Virus record (IMG/VR): IMGVR_UViG_3300028835_001054
From: a virus
DNA length: 38,572 bases
Reading direction: 5' to 3' (one strand)
The position numbers were made by a program, and so were the translations under genes. Positions 7,499 to 15,616 of this stretch are shown here, piece after piece. Position 1 is the first letter of the stretch; each line of letters begins with the position of its first letter. Below the pieces are notes generated by a model. It searched no databases, was not told the origin of the DNA, and saw only the letters and a program-made list of their open reading frames with translations.

Positions 7499-8425
7499 TC
7501 AAACAGTCTCCTCTATGCGGAGCGCTTGCCCCGCCATAGAGTATCCTGTAAGTTCCCCTTTTTCGATCTGCTCCCAGACATCCTCATCCACAACTCTACT
7601 GGCCAGCATCCAGGAGCCTTTCTTGATTGGCTCCTCTTCAATCTTATAATCGACAGGAGCTATAAAACTCTCCAGAACGCGTATCGAAGCGTCTGAACCT
7701 TCGTGATTGATCTTGTAAACCTGCTCGCTCTCCATGAAAGAATAGGCTGCTTCCCTGATCTCATCCTCATTAGCCCAATCGCCCTGCGAATCTTTCGTAT
7801 CTGGCTCATAGACAATTCCCATAACGATCCGCTCTGGATTCTTGTCGGCTTTCTGGACCCCGACGAATTTTACGAATTTAGAAAACTGCTTTTTATCTCC
7901 TGCCTTTTTGACTTCCTTTGCCGCCTCGAATTTCCCATCGTGATCTTTGCAATGGGCTCGAGCATCATCCGGATCCCACGTATCTTTATGATAGCGATAT
8001 GCCTGCTCTGTCATAGATGTTTCGCCTTTGAGTTTCCCCATCAGGACGGAGTATTCCTTCCCATCGTGTTTACGTTTGGTCGTCCTGATAGATTTGTCCT
8101 TGAAAGCACTGGGAGATTTCAACTGGCAAGCGTGGAAGTTCGGATAAGGCTTTGATATGTCAACAGGCTCGCTCTTGCTCACTTCCTCTGCGACGATCCC
8201 GAATAACGTGCGATCAATCTCAGCAGGCAGGAAAGAAATATCCTGTTTCCGCATCTCGTCAGATACCAGCCGGTATATTTTCATAAAATCCTCTTGTTTG
8301 CAATCCGGCCAGTTGGGATCCATGAAATACTTGTCATGCACTTGCACGCATCGGAGTCGCAAGGCATGAAGAGCTTTGACATCTAAACTATCAAGATCGG
8401 TTTTTTTCAATCTTTCGATCCTCAT
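7499..8425 (-). CDS. Prohead protease, XkdF-like putative serine protease domain (308 aa)
   Basis: C-terminal half ERIVMGIVYEPDTKDSQGDWANEDEIREAAYSFMES..HEG..VLESFIAP..GSWMLASRVVDEDVWEQIEKGELTGYSMAG fits the XkdF-type pattern. Synteny portal-MuF-protease-scaffold-capsid supports the call. Confidence 0.6.
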   Translation of the reverse strand: MRIERLKKTDLDSLDVKALHALRLRCVQVHDKYFMDPNWPDCKQEDFMKIYRLVSDEMRKQDISFLPAEIDRTLFGIVAEEVSKSEPVDISKPYPNFHACQLKSPSAFKDKSIRTTKRKHDGKEYSVLMGKLKGETSMTEQAYRYHKDTWDPDDARAHCKDHDGKFEAAKEVKKAGDKKQFSKFVKFVGVQKADKNPERIVMGIVYEPDTKDSQGDWANEDEIREAAYSFMESEQVYKINHEGSDASIRVLESFIAPVDYKIEEEPIKKGSWMLASRVVDEDVWEQIEKGELTGYSMAGQALRIEETV

Positions 8426-8531
8426 AATGCCCCCGTATCCTGTTTATTGCCTCTTCGATGAAAAGGTTCATACAATAACATCCCCACAAGATAACAGCAA
8501 TTCCCCAGAGAAATGGAATAAGATATGTCAT
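8391..8531 (-). CDS. Small single-TM protein (46 aa), uncertain
   Basis: ATG 8531 gives MTYLIPFLWGIAVILWGCYCMNLF... with one hydrophobic helix. It overlaps the protease start by 35 nt and has a weak RBS. Confidence 0.3.
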   Translation of the reverse strand: MTYLIPFLWGIAVILWGCYCMNLFIEEAINRIRGHYEDRKIEKNRS

Positions 8532-8544
8532 AAGCAAATCTCCA

Positions 8545-8721
8545 TCAACTCTTTTTCTTAGCGTAATAGCGGGCAAGTTCCCTTTTTGCTCTGTTCAGTT
8601 CCTTGATCACTTTGTCCAGATCCTTGCTATCTCTAGTATGGAAATCTATCTTTACTACAGCAGTCCCGAAGTCAGTAAAGACCTGGCAATGATCAAATTT
8701 GACCATCTTTCTCACTGACAT
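8545..8721 (-). CDS. Hypothetical small protein (58 aa)
   Basis: ATG 8721 (MSVRKMVKFDH...) is preceded by GAGGAG 7 nt upstream. The track start at 8763 has no RBS. Confidence 0.4.
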   Translation of the reverse strand: MSVRKMVKFDHCQVFTDFGTAVVKIDFHTRDSKDLDKVIKELNRAKRELARYYAKKKS

Positions 8722-8765
8722 AATTACTCTCCTCATGCAGCGACCGCTGGCCTCCAGCCACATAT

Positions 8766-9548
8766 TCAGTTTGGATGCGCTGGAATCAAGCCACGCGCCT
8801 CGGCTATTGAGAATACTTTGCCATCATTCGGGGCGCATATATCGCAAGCTGCCTCACCGCGTGTGAGCCATTCAGCATCGATCTCCGCCGCCTCATAAGC
8901 CTGTAGCGTTCCTTCAGAAACGGCGCGGGAAGTCTCCGTCCTGGCGATCATCACCGCTCGTCTTCGATGCAATCTCTTCTCATAGCTCCCAACGCTCCGA
9001 TCTATTTGTGCTCTCGAATAATGCGGCTTCTGGATCAGTAATCGCTCCTCATAATTGGCAACAGAGATAACTTGCTTTTCTGTCAATCCCACCAGAGGCC
9101 TGATCCGCCTTCCAACTTGTGGCATACTCTTCCCCGCATTCACTCCATCGCGGATTGCCCACCTGAGCGCGGTCTTCGTCTCTTCAGTCACCTCGCGGAC
9201 CATATCGGCGGTGATCGTCTGAGCCAGTTCTACCGCCGCCGGGTTCAGCATATCGAATGAGAGCTTTATCCCTGCGATTCTATAGCCTTCAGTACCCGCA
9301 TCCGCTATGGCTCTCAGAACCGTCGGCTTGATGATGATCTGCCCCTCGCTCTCGATAGCCATCCAATCAGTCAATTCCATCACGATAGTCTCTGCCTGGT
9401 CTTTGCGGATCATATTGCTGTTAATCCCTTTGATGATCTCGTTTCTCGTAAACTCCAGCCATTTACGCACTGCTATCCTGACTTTCTTTTCGTGCTCTTT
9501 TTGCAGCCGGAGCATTCTGGCGTTGTAATTATCCCGTTTCAGAATCAT
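8766..9548 (-). CDS. Head morphogenesis protein, Mu F / SPP1 gp7-like
   Basis: Follows the portal gene. C-terminal ...ACDICAPNDGKVFSIAEARGLIPAHPN matches the CxxC...P.HPN end of the MuF-like family. The start is uncertain (ATG 9548 chosen; it overlaps the portal end by 20 nt). Confidence 0.65.
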   Translation of the reverse strand: MILKRDNYNARMLRLQKEHEKKVRIAVRKWLEFTRNEIIKGINSNMIRKDQAETIVMELTDWMAIESEGQIIIKPTVLRAIADAGTEGYRIAGIKLSFDMLNPAAVELAQTITADMVREVTEETKTALRWAIRDGVNAGKSMPQVGRRIRPLVGLTEKQVISVANYEERLLIQKPHYSRAQIDRSVGSYEKRLHRRRAVMIARTETSRAVSEGTLQAYEAAEIDAEWLTRGEAACDICAPNDGKVFSIAEARGLIPAHPN

Positions 9549-10953
9549 CTTCCCCAATCTCCACAAGAGTCGCATCCATGTAATAACTATATCCGGTAGC
9601 GTAGGGCGTCTCTCCACGCTTTTCTCTATACTGGTTCGGAGTCATAGTTCCGGTTCGTATCCTGCCCATATCCTCTTCATGCTCGATTACCTCGTCCCTG
9701 ATATCCAGATTCGTAAAAGACACCTCATAAGAAGGGCAGTTAAGCCCGATAGCGAAGATATTATCAGACCATAGCTCCTCTATATCCCGCTGTAATGGCT
9801 CCACAACGCCGTTGATGTAGTTTGTTGTAAGCTCCGCCGCGACGTTCCCAGCGAGGCTCCCCTGGCGGATGGGCAGCCCAAGTCTGTATGGCGGCATCTT
9901 ATATGCAACGAGAATATCCTGGTCGATCAGCGTTCTCAGAATTCTGAATGAGCCTTCTCTGATTTCTACGGCGAGCTTATCAACTTTGATCTCGCAACCT
10001 TCAGGCGTATCTACTACCAGCGTAGAGTGAGCTTTATCAGCGCCTGTCAGAGAGTTCATATAATCTTTGACAATCGTGATGGAATCCGTATCATCCTCTC
10101 CCGTACCATCTTCCCATTCGCCTGTCAGAGTTACGAGACAAGCTGGGATCCCGCAATTAGTGAAAAACGAGAGATTATAGTCGCGTATTCCCAGCCCTGT
10201 GAGAATATCTCCAGTAGTAGGAAGCATGTTCGGCACGCCATACCAGCGCGATTTTGGATAGTAGGTATGGTAGAAAATCAACTCATTAGCGCGCTGTTTG
10301 ATGTTCAGTCCTGGCGACTCTTCGCCTGTTTTCGGGTCCAGGATTAGTGGGAGCCCTTTTCTCTCCTCTGCTTCAGGATCGTCTCCCATAGCGAATCGTG
10401 CGAACCATGCTTTATTGACATCTTTTCTCTGACAGAACTTTTTGCCTCCCTTATGCACCCAGAGATCCCCTGTCGGCATGTGGCGAACTTCTGAGACCTC
10501 GTTATCCATACGTCTGACAACCTGGAGAGCGGAGTTTCCCGTAACGCCCCAATCCATAATGAATGCCTTGTTTATCCGCCGGAAGGACATATCAGGATTA
10601 GGCCGTTTTATAAAAGCCATGATCTTATCGTATTCAGCTTGATTCTCTGCCATATCCTCACGCGGCTTGACTGTCCAGCCCAATCCAGCGACATCAGTAG
10701 CGATCTGATCCACGCAAGCCCAGACCATCACATTGCTTTCCCACATGAAATAAAAAGATGACGCAGGATAGGGATGTTTCGCCAGATTATCAGAGCCGAT
10801 CCATTTTTCCTCATCAGGCAACTGCTGGTCGGCTTTCGTGATCTCCGCTTTCTCCAGGATGTTGTAAGGGAAAACGCCGCCAGATCGGGTCACAACAAAC
10901 GCCCTGGCCTTCTTCGGCTTGACTGGCTCCTGTATTTGCTTCCTGAATTTCAC
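9529..10953 (-). CDS. Portal protein (474 aa)
   Basis: GTG start in a GTGA overlap with the terL stop, with GGGGAGGG RBS. The size and its position immediately after the large terminase fit a portal, as does the region FYFMWESNVMVWACVDQIATDVAGLGW. Confidence 0.8.
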   Translation of the reverse strand: MKFRKQIQEPVKPKKARAFVVTRSGGVFPYNILEKAEITKADQQLPDEEKWIGSDNLAKHPYPASSFYFMWESNVMVWACVDQIATDVAGLGWTVKPREDMAENQAEYDKIMAFIKRPNPDMSFRRINKAFIMDWGVTGNSALQVVRRMDNEVSEVRHMPTGDLWVHKGGKKFCQRKDVNKAWFARFAMGDDPEAEERKGLPLILDPKTGEESPGLNIKQRANELIFYHTYYPKSRWYGVPNMLPTTGDILTGLGIRDYNLSFFTNCGIPACLVTLTGEWEDGTGEDDTDSITIVKDYMNSLTGADKAHSTLVVDTPEGCEIKVDKLAVEIREGSFRILRTLIDQDILVAYKMPPYRLGLPIRQGSLAGNVAAELTTNYINGVVEPLQRDIEELWSDNIFAIGLNCPSYEVSFTNLDIRDEVIEHEEDMGRIRTGTMTPNQYREKRGETPYATGYSYYMDATLVEIGEDDSETG

Positions 10954-12236
10954 GCTGCTGCCCTCCCCTTGCGTCTGCTCTTCATAGTGTGATGCGCGTA
11001 TCGCTCCGCATCCTGGCCGTGATCGTCTTCGTGAGCCATATCCTCTTTCGCCTTGTTCATCCAGACATACCCGGGCTTCTCAGTAATCGTGGAATATGGT
11101 TTCTTATTGATTACAAGCCGCTGATCTTTTTCCACCAGCGCATCAGCCATATAGAAGATTTTATCCTGCTCGTATTTATCATATACCGTTTGCTGGCCAG
11201 ACATCCGGTCTTTTTTCGCGTGTATCGTCTTGATCTTATGCTCCCTAAGAGTCGCCATATCCTCAGCATCGTGATCGCAGATTGCGCGTGGCGCCATGGA
11301 GTCCTCTTTGCAGTATTTCAGAATCAGCGGAGCATGTGTGTTGACCGTTCTGTGAGTGTGATAGATCTCTCGATAGAGATACCATACATCAGATGGAGAG
11401 ATAGCCCACCACTGACAATTGAAAGGATTGTCGAATCCGAAATCTATCGAAAGTACGCGCTTCCAATCTTTCGGAATTGCTATGTGTCCGGTACGCGCCT
11501 GAAACTGTGGCCACGTCAGAACGTGCTTTGCAGGATCGAATGGATATACGAGTCCTTCTGCAGCTACCCATAATCCATCTTTGTACCTGAGCTTGTATAT
11601 GCCTGTCAATTGATCCAGCCGTTCCATGTAGCTCCTGGGCAACAGGTGTCTCAGTATGGTTCCTTTGATCGCCTCATATCCATCCCACTTTTCGACAAGG
11701 AAGCGCTTGTTTAGCCAATGAGCAGGCACGTCAGGATTGCTGATAAGCATACACTGATGAAAAGGGACGCCGGGCAAACGCAGGCACCTGGAGATTTTCT
11801 CCTCAAAATCATTTTCAGAGACCTCACGCGCTTCCTCAACCACAACAAAACCATATTCGCGGGAGGCCAGCTTGTTGACATCATTAGCGGAATCCAGCCC
11901 GACGCCCCAGAACTCCGTGCCATTATGCAGCCTTCTGAATAATTCCGTGTCGTTCTTATCTTTCACAAGCCCCGGATGAAGGACTTTATCAATAAACCAT
12001 TTCCAGAGAGTGGCCTTCAGATCGACGCGCTTCCTTCTCACAAGAGCGATACAGTTCCCCGGATACTTCCATCCTACAGCCAGAGCTTTCGCAGCCCCGA
12101 TATGCGTCTTGCCAGTTCCCCATGCCCCCCAGAAAAACAAATTGAGCGCGATGTTCCTGAGCGCCTGTAGCTGGGCTCTGGATTCCGGCTTGAAATCGAT
12201 CACTTTGTCTTGTGGCTGGATCACGGTTGTAGTCAT
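10950..12236 (-). CDS. terL: Terminase large subunit (428 aa)
   Basis: Walker A GAWGTGKTH, Walker B GFVVVEEA, and a C-terminal RNase H-like nuclease segment LSIDFGFDNPF...DHDAED...HEDDHGQDAERY. Confidence 0.9.
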   Translation of the reverse strand: MTTTVIQPQDKVIDFKPESRAQLQALRNIALNLFFWGAWGTGKTHIGAAKALAVGWKYPGNCIALVRRKRVDLKATLWKWFIDKVLHPGLVKDKNDTELFRRLHNGTEFWGVGLDSANDVNKLASREYGFVVVEEAREVSENDFEEKISRCLRLPGVPFHQCMLISNPDVPAHWLNKRFLVEKWDGYEAIKGTILRHLLPRSYMERLDQLTGIYKLRYKDGLWVAAEGLVYPFDPAKHVLTWPQFQARTGHIAIPKDWKRVLSIDFGFDNPFNCQWWAISPSDVWYLYREIYHTHRTVNTHAPLILKYCKEDSMAPRAICDHDAEDMATLREHKIKTIHAKKDRMSGQQTVYDKYEQDKIFYMADALVEKDQRLVINKKPYSTITEKPGYVWMNKAKEDMAHEDDHGQDAERYAHHTMKSRRKGRAAA

Positions 12237-12239
12237 GAA

Positions 12240-12503
12240 TTATTTTTCCGATGCTTCCATGCTGGATTGAATTGACCACTCTATGAATTCCGCCGCCAAT
12301 TCAGCTTTAGATTTCAGCTTCCCAGGCGTGAGGTTGTCCTTGCTCACACACTGACATAGTAGATAGCGTTTCGTCACTACATCATAACCCTCATACCCGC
12401 GCCCGTAACATCGTTTACATTTCGGATCCGGTCGCTCTTGCAATTCGAGCCAGTTGCCGGATTCCATAGCTGCTTCCAATTTGCGGAATCTTTCAACTGT
12501 CAT
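12240..12503 (-). CDS. Small Cys-rich (zinc-ribbon-like) protein (87 aa)
   Basis: ATG 12503 is preceded by GAGGAG. CKRCYGRG...LLCQC cysteine pairs. Lies between terS and terL. Confidence 0.4.
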   Translation of the reverse strand: MTVERFRKLEAAMESGNWLELQERPDPKCKRCYGRGYEGYDVVTKRYLLCQCVSKDNLTPGKLKSKAELAAEFIEWSIQSSMEASEK

Positions 12504-12508
12504 GGTTG

Positions 12509-12925
12509 TCACTCCTCAGCATCTGGGAATGGATCATCACCCAGACCGACAAAATTGATAAATACGCGTCCTGGAGTATCGATCTCCAGCTTCATTTCCG
12601 GCTTCAATCCTGCGCGGTCCAGAATATCCCGCGCCGCTCCCAGCTTGACGGCCTCCGTTTTCGCGTTCAGCATCAGCTCCTGGAGAACTGGCAACGCATC
12701 CAGCGCAAGCGAGATCATCCGCGACCTGGACAGATCAAAGAGCTCCTGTTTCTTCTGTTCCCAATAGGCTTGCACTTTTGGGATTGTCAAAAGTCTGCTT
12801 GCCTTCGATGCTGCAATGTCATCATTCTTTGGCTTATAGCCAGCATCTTTGTATGCCTGCGTATACGTCTTACCTTCCAGGAGCCCATTGATGAAAAGTA
12901 TCTGACGGTTATTTATCTCCGGCAT
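12509..12925 (-). CDS. terS: Terminase small subunit (138 aa)
   Basis: MPEINNRQILFINGLLEGKTYTQAYKDAGYKPKNDDIAASKASRLLTIPKVQAYWEQ is the typical HTH N-terminus of Terminase_2-type small subunits. It lies upstream of terL. Confidence 0.75.
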   Translation of the reverse strand: MPEINNRQILFINGLLEGKTYTQAYKDAGYKPKNDDIAASKASRLLTIPKVQAYWEQKKQELFDLSRSRMISLALDALPVLQELMLNAKTEAVKLGAARDILDRAGLKPEMKLEIDTPGRVFINFVGLGDDPFPDAEE

Positions 12926-13298
12926 CCTTGATCGCCTCTCGAAATCGCTTAGCAAGTCGCATCCGTGATTTCTGAATCGTCATGGATCCTGCGGCATATC
13001 CGACGGTTTTGATCAGTTCTGCGATGGTATTGATCTGGAGAGTGGTATGGATTCGGGGATTGTCAGGATGGAGCTCGATTTCTGAAAGCGGTAGTATCTC
13101 CGTATCCAGTTTTGCAACGAGTTCCTCGGTGGATTGGGCTGGCCTGCTAAATTTCGGGTTTGCCATTTTAACACCAGGATTGTTAAAACGGCTGGAAGGC
13201 AAAACAAACCCCGGTCGGGAAATACTTTGCCCTCCAACCGGGGTTTGTTTCAGCAAAGGATTCGGCAAGATAGGCTCAAGTATCTTGCTGTATCCCAT
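12909..13298 (-). CDS. ParB N-terminal-like domain protein (start uncertain: 13298 or ATG 13166)
   Basis: ILPLSEIELHPDNPRIHT..INTIAELIKTVGY resembles the ParB/Srx-fold box (HP.NPR). First gene downstream of the predicted promoter at 13325..13353. Confidence 0.4.
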   Translation of the reverse strand: MGYSKILEPILPNPLLKQTPVGGQSISRPGFVLPSSRFNNPGVKMANPKFSRPAQSTEELVAKLDTEILPLSEIELHPDNPRIHTTLQINTIAELIKTVGYAAGSMTIQKSRMRLAKRFREAIKDAGDK

Positions 13299-13324
13299 CG
13301 AAAAGATGTTACCATATCACTCCA

Positions 13325-13353
13325 ATTATACCAAGATACTGTGAATTGATCAA
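13325..13353 (-). promoter_or_regulatory. Sigma70-type promoter with extended -10 (candidate packaging/late operon promoter)
   Basis: Minus strand TTGATC-17 nt-TATAAT with TGG immediately upstream (TGGTATAAT). The same 9-mer occurs at the two switch promoters. Confidence 0.45.
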
Positions 13354-13612
13354 GGAATCTTTTTAACTTCTGTTAGTAATAGCCCCATAATGAAACTTAT
13401 GCAGACCAATCACGCCCGTAGATGCGCTATTTACGCGGGTTGGAATTTTGTGACATGGTTATGCCATGAAATGGTAGGATTTCTCTTTTTCCTGGCATGA
13501 TTCTATACAAATGGTTTGTATTTCTTGAACGATTCGGCATGAGGTAGGCAAGATGGCCTGCCGGTGTGATTACTTCTTGTTTAAGTTCTGGGACTTGATT
13601 CGATCTAATTTT

Positions 13613-13813
13613 TTATTTGTTGTGTTGATGAATCTGACCGTGCCCTGCGTTTCGTATGCAAATCATATTTTCCACCGCTTCATCCATATCGCTTTTGAGC
13701 GAGTAGCCAATCAATTCTTTCCCTTTCATTGCCAAATATACCGGCGCTGGATAATAAATCATCATAGCATCTTCCGGGATAGTATCCACCTCTATGATCT
13801 TTATTTCGATCAT
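13613..13813 (-). CDS. Hypothetical small protein (66 aa)
   Basis: ATG 13813 is preceded by GGAGGTG. Last gene of the early-left operon. Confidence 0.4.
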   Translation of the reverse strand: MIEIKIIEVDTIPEDAMMIYYPAPVYLAMKGKELIGYSLKSDMDEAVENMICIRNAGHGQIHQHNK

Positions 13814-13827
13814 TGCCGCACCTCCTT

Positions 13828-14196
13828 TTAGTATCTCCACATGATTCTCTGGCTTTTAGCTTGATCAGAATCAGCGTGAATGAAATTCTTTCCTACGCCG
13901 ATCCGCGTGAACCCAGCCCGAATTAGCCCAAATATAACAGCAAATCGCTCAGAACTCGACGCCACCCGAATATCAGCCGCTAATCCTACTTCGTGCGAGC
14001 TGGACTTCGATCCGCCGACTGCCGCGTTGTGCGCGTCACATCTGAAGCCGCTGTTGATGATAAACGGAATTCCTGCAATACTCCGAGCCATCTGGAGTTT
14101 GCGAATAAAGCCTATATACATCTCTATCTTACCGCAACAGGGACATCTGAACTCGTCCACCGAAAAATTCTCTGATAATCTTTCAGATACTCTCAT
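13828..14196 (-). CDS. Endolysin, peptidase M15-type (zinc D-Ala-D-Ala carboxypeptidase fold)
   Basis: FSVDEFRCPCCG, GFRCDAHNAAVGGSKSSSHEVGLAADI and FIHADSD give the H..D...H zinc ligand pattern of M15 phage lysins. ATG 14196 follows AAGGAG. Confidence 0.75.
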   Translation of the reverse strand: MRVSERLSENFSVDEFRCPCCGKIEMYIGFIRKLQMARSIAGIPFIINSGFRCDAHNAAVGGSKSSSHEVGLAADIRVASSSERFAVIFGLIRAGFTRIGVGKNFIHADSDQAKSQRIMWRY

Positions 14197-14232
14197 TAAG
14201 ATCACGCTCCTTTTGTGTGTTTTTAATCGAAA

Positions 14233-14433
14233 TCAAAATACCTTTTTAGGCTTTCCCAACTGCTCCGCTTGATGTATTTCAACGTCAATCAGACGGCAGT
14301 GGATGTTATTATGTCCTGCCCGGCCGCAATATGAGCAAACCTTCGAAGCGCGCGCTATCTTGTCAAATTTCGCTTCCGTGATCTTTGCGCTTTTGCTTCT
14401 CTCAATACATCGAAGAGAGCAAAAGTCATTTCT
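14233..14433 (-). CDS. Startless 66-codon open frame in phase with the TGA of 14434..15114; contains a CCHC zinc knuckle (possible readthrough extension or decayed C-terminus)
   Basis: Codon-by-codon reading gives TGA(14434-36) RNDFCSLRCIERSKSAKITEAKFDKIARASKVCSYCGRAGHNNIHCRLIDVEIHQAEQLGKPKKVF TGA(14233-35). The frame contains no ATG/GTG/TTG. CX2CX4HX4C lies at 14296..14337. Confidence 0.4.
   Translation of the reverse strand, partial: RNDFCSLRCIERSKSAKITEAKFDKIARASKVCSYCGRAGHNNIHCRLIDVEIHQAEQLGKPKKVF
14391..14424 (+). repeat. 33/34-nt palindromic element, 9 nt downstream of the TGA at 14434
   Basis: TTTTGCTTCTCTCAATACATCGAAGAGAGCAAAA. Confidence 0.9.
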
Positions 14434-15114
14434 TCATAGCCCTTTCTGTTTCAGAAAGTTGTCTAGATCCCGGCGATCTTTTGTTTCCCGCTCTTCATGT
14501 GTTAGTTTAGCATCTTTATCAGGCCATTCGCCAGAGATCCGCTCAATACCTTTTTCAGATTCTATCAATTTGGAACAAGCCGCTATGTTGAAAGGTAGGC
14601 AATCAATTTCCCTGAGCGTAAACTTGACAATCGGAATGTCTATGATAATTCGATACCGAAATTCCCCGATGTATTGATATTTCTTCACCAGGTTAAGATT
14701 TGCTCTCTTCGATGCTTTGAAGGTAGTACCTGAAGTAAAATCTGAGATCTTGCGGATGCCATCGGAGATCCGCCTCAGGATCCAGTTATTGGCGCCCACG
14801 TTATAATCCAGAACCACTTCTTTTTCCCCCTGGAGCATATTGAACATGCCCCATCTTCGGCGCTTGCGATGTTTTTCCAGGACAGGACAATTAGCATAAG
14901 CGCAGTATCCGCCGGCATAGTTGACCCCGGCTGGTACGCCATCCGGCAGGAGCTTTCCCTTTCCAAATCTTCCCCTGGACGCAATGACTTTGATGTTATT
15001 TCTGAGAAAAAGTCTGCCAATTCCGCGCAGCTTTACCTCGAAAACTTTACCCCGGAGTTCGCTTACTAGCGGAGTGTTTCCCATCTTCCATTGATAATTC
15101 CATTTATTGCTCAT
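14434..15114 (-). CDS. Hypothetical protein (226 aa) carrying an in-frame long-variant repeat insertion
   Basis: ATG 15114 is preceded by AAGGGAG. No family recognised. Residues DFTSGTTFKASKRAN are encoded by the repeat at 14698..14742. Confidence 0.45.
   Translation of the reverse strand: MSNKWNYQWKMGNTPLVSELRGKVFEVKLRGIGRLFLRNNIKVIASRGRFGKGKLLPDGVPAGVNYAGGYCAYANCPVLEKHRKRRRWGMFNMLQGEKEVVLDYNVGANNWILRRISDGIRKISDFTSGTTFKASKRANLNLVKKYQYIGEFRYRIIIDIPIVKFTLREIDCLPFNIAACSKLIESEKGIERISGEWPDKDAKLTHEERETKDRRDLDNFLKQKGL
14698..14741 (-). repeat. Long (44-nt) variant of the palindromic element, inside ORF 14434..15114
   Basis: Plus strand ATTTGCTCTCTTCGATGCTTTGAAGGTAGTACCTGAAGTAAAAT. Same architecture as 25372..25416 and 35875..35918. 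Confidence 0.9.
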
Positions 15115-15133
15115 AATTTATTTACCGCTCCCT

Positions 15134-15379
15134 TCAGAAAGGCCAGCCCAGCGCGCGCAAGCCGTCTGCCTGTTGCTCGTCTTTCGCTTCCGTCATTAGC
15201 AAGCCCCAGCGCGCACTGAAAAGTTCCGCCGCTAACATTCCCAGTGATGGTGTTATATGGAATGTCTTGCCCCATGTTTCGCCCCTGCGTTTCTTTAACA
15301 TATCATAAACATCGTCTATAGATTGCTCCATCATTCTCCGCGTGATTTCTCTGATTTCTTTCCAATCTTCCGGCTCCAT
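15134..15379 (-). CDS. Hypothetical small protein (81 aa)
   Basis: ATG 15379 (MEPEDWKEI...) is preceded by AAGGAGG. Confidence 0.45.
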   Translation of the reverse strand: MEPEDWKEIREITRRMMEQSIDDVYDMLKKRRGETWGKTFHITPSLGMLAAELFSARWGLLMTEAKDEQQADGLRALGWPF

Positions 15380-15453
15380 AGTTTGCCTCCTTTTCCCTCG
15401 CTTGAAAACGCTTCCCGTAAATAAAAACCGAAGCGTTTCCAAACAGTATTGGA

Positions 15454-15597
15454 TTATCTAGCCAGGTCGATCAAGTTTGCACACATTTTGAGAGCGACAC
15501 CTATCGCTAGAATGATCCCCGCGTAGATTCCGATCAGAATCGAAGCTCGCGCTAGTCCCTGCTTTCTGGTAAGAAGTAAATTCTTTATCCTTTCCAT
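15454..15597 (-). CDS. Small single-TM protein (47 aa), not in the ORF track
   Basis: GAGGTGAAAACG-ATG gives MERIKNLLLTRKQGLARASILIGIYAGIILAIGVALKMCANLIDLAR-TAA. One hydrophobic helix. Confidence 0.45.
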   Translation of the reverse strand: MERIKNLLLTRKQGLARASILIGIYAGIILAIGVALKMCANLIDLAR

Positions 15598-15616
15598 CGT
15601 TTTCACCTCATCATGA

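Noticed and set aside
8721-8790. Possible frameshift at the end of the MuF-like gene, which stops right after HPN where the family often continues with CRC
   Set aside because: The next frame does contain GRC, but 8 residues away and not in family register. There is no slippery heptamer, and the downstream small ORF has its own GAGGAG-ATG start at 8721. This is more likely a naturally short C-terminus.
13349-13612. tRNA or other structured RNA gene in the 264-nt gap between the early-left and late operons
   Set aside because: I could read no cloverleaf or T-loop (GGTTCGAAT-like) motif. Only short hairpins are present (ATACAAA-3-TTTGTAT at 13505..13521; GGCAGG-4-CTTGCC near 13547..13562), along with the promoter at 13325..13353.
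14434-14436. Alternative genetic code (TGA as sense) to explain the in-frame TGA
   Set aside because: TGA functions as a normal stop in coupled overlaps elsewhere: TGATG at 250, GTGA at 10950..10953, and ATGA at 24726..24729 and 32528..32531. ORF lengths are normal under the standard code, so any recoding would have to be local.
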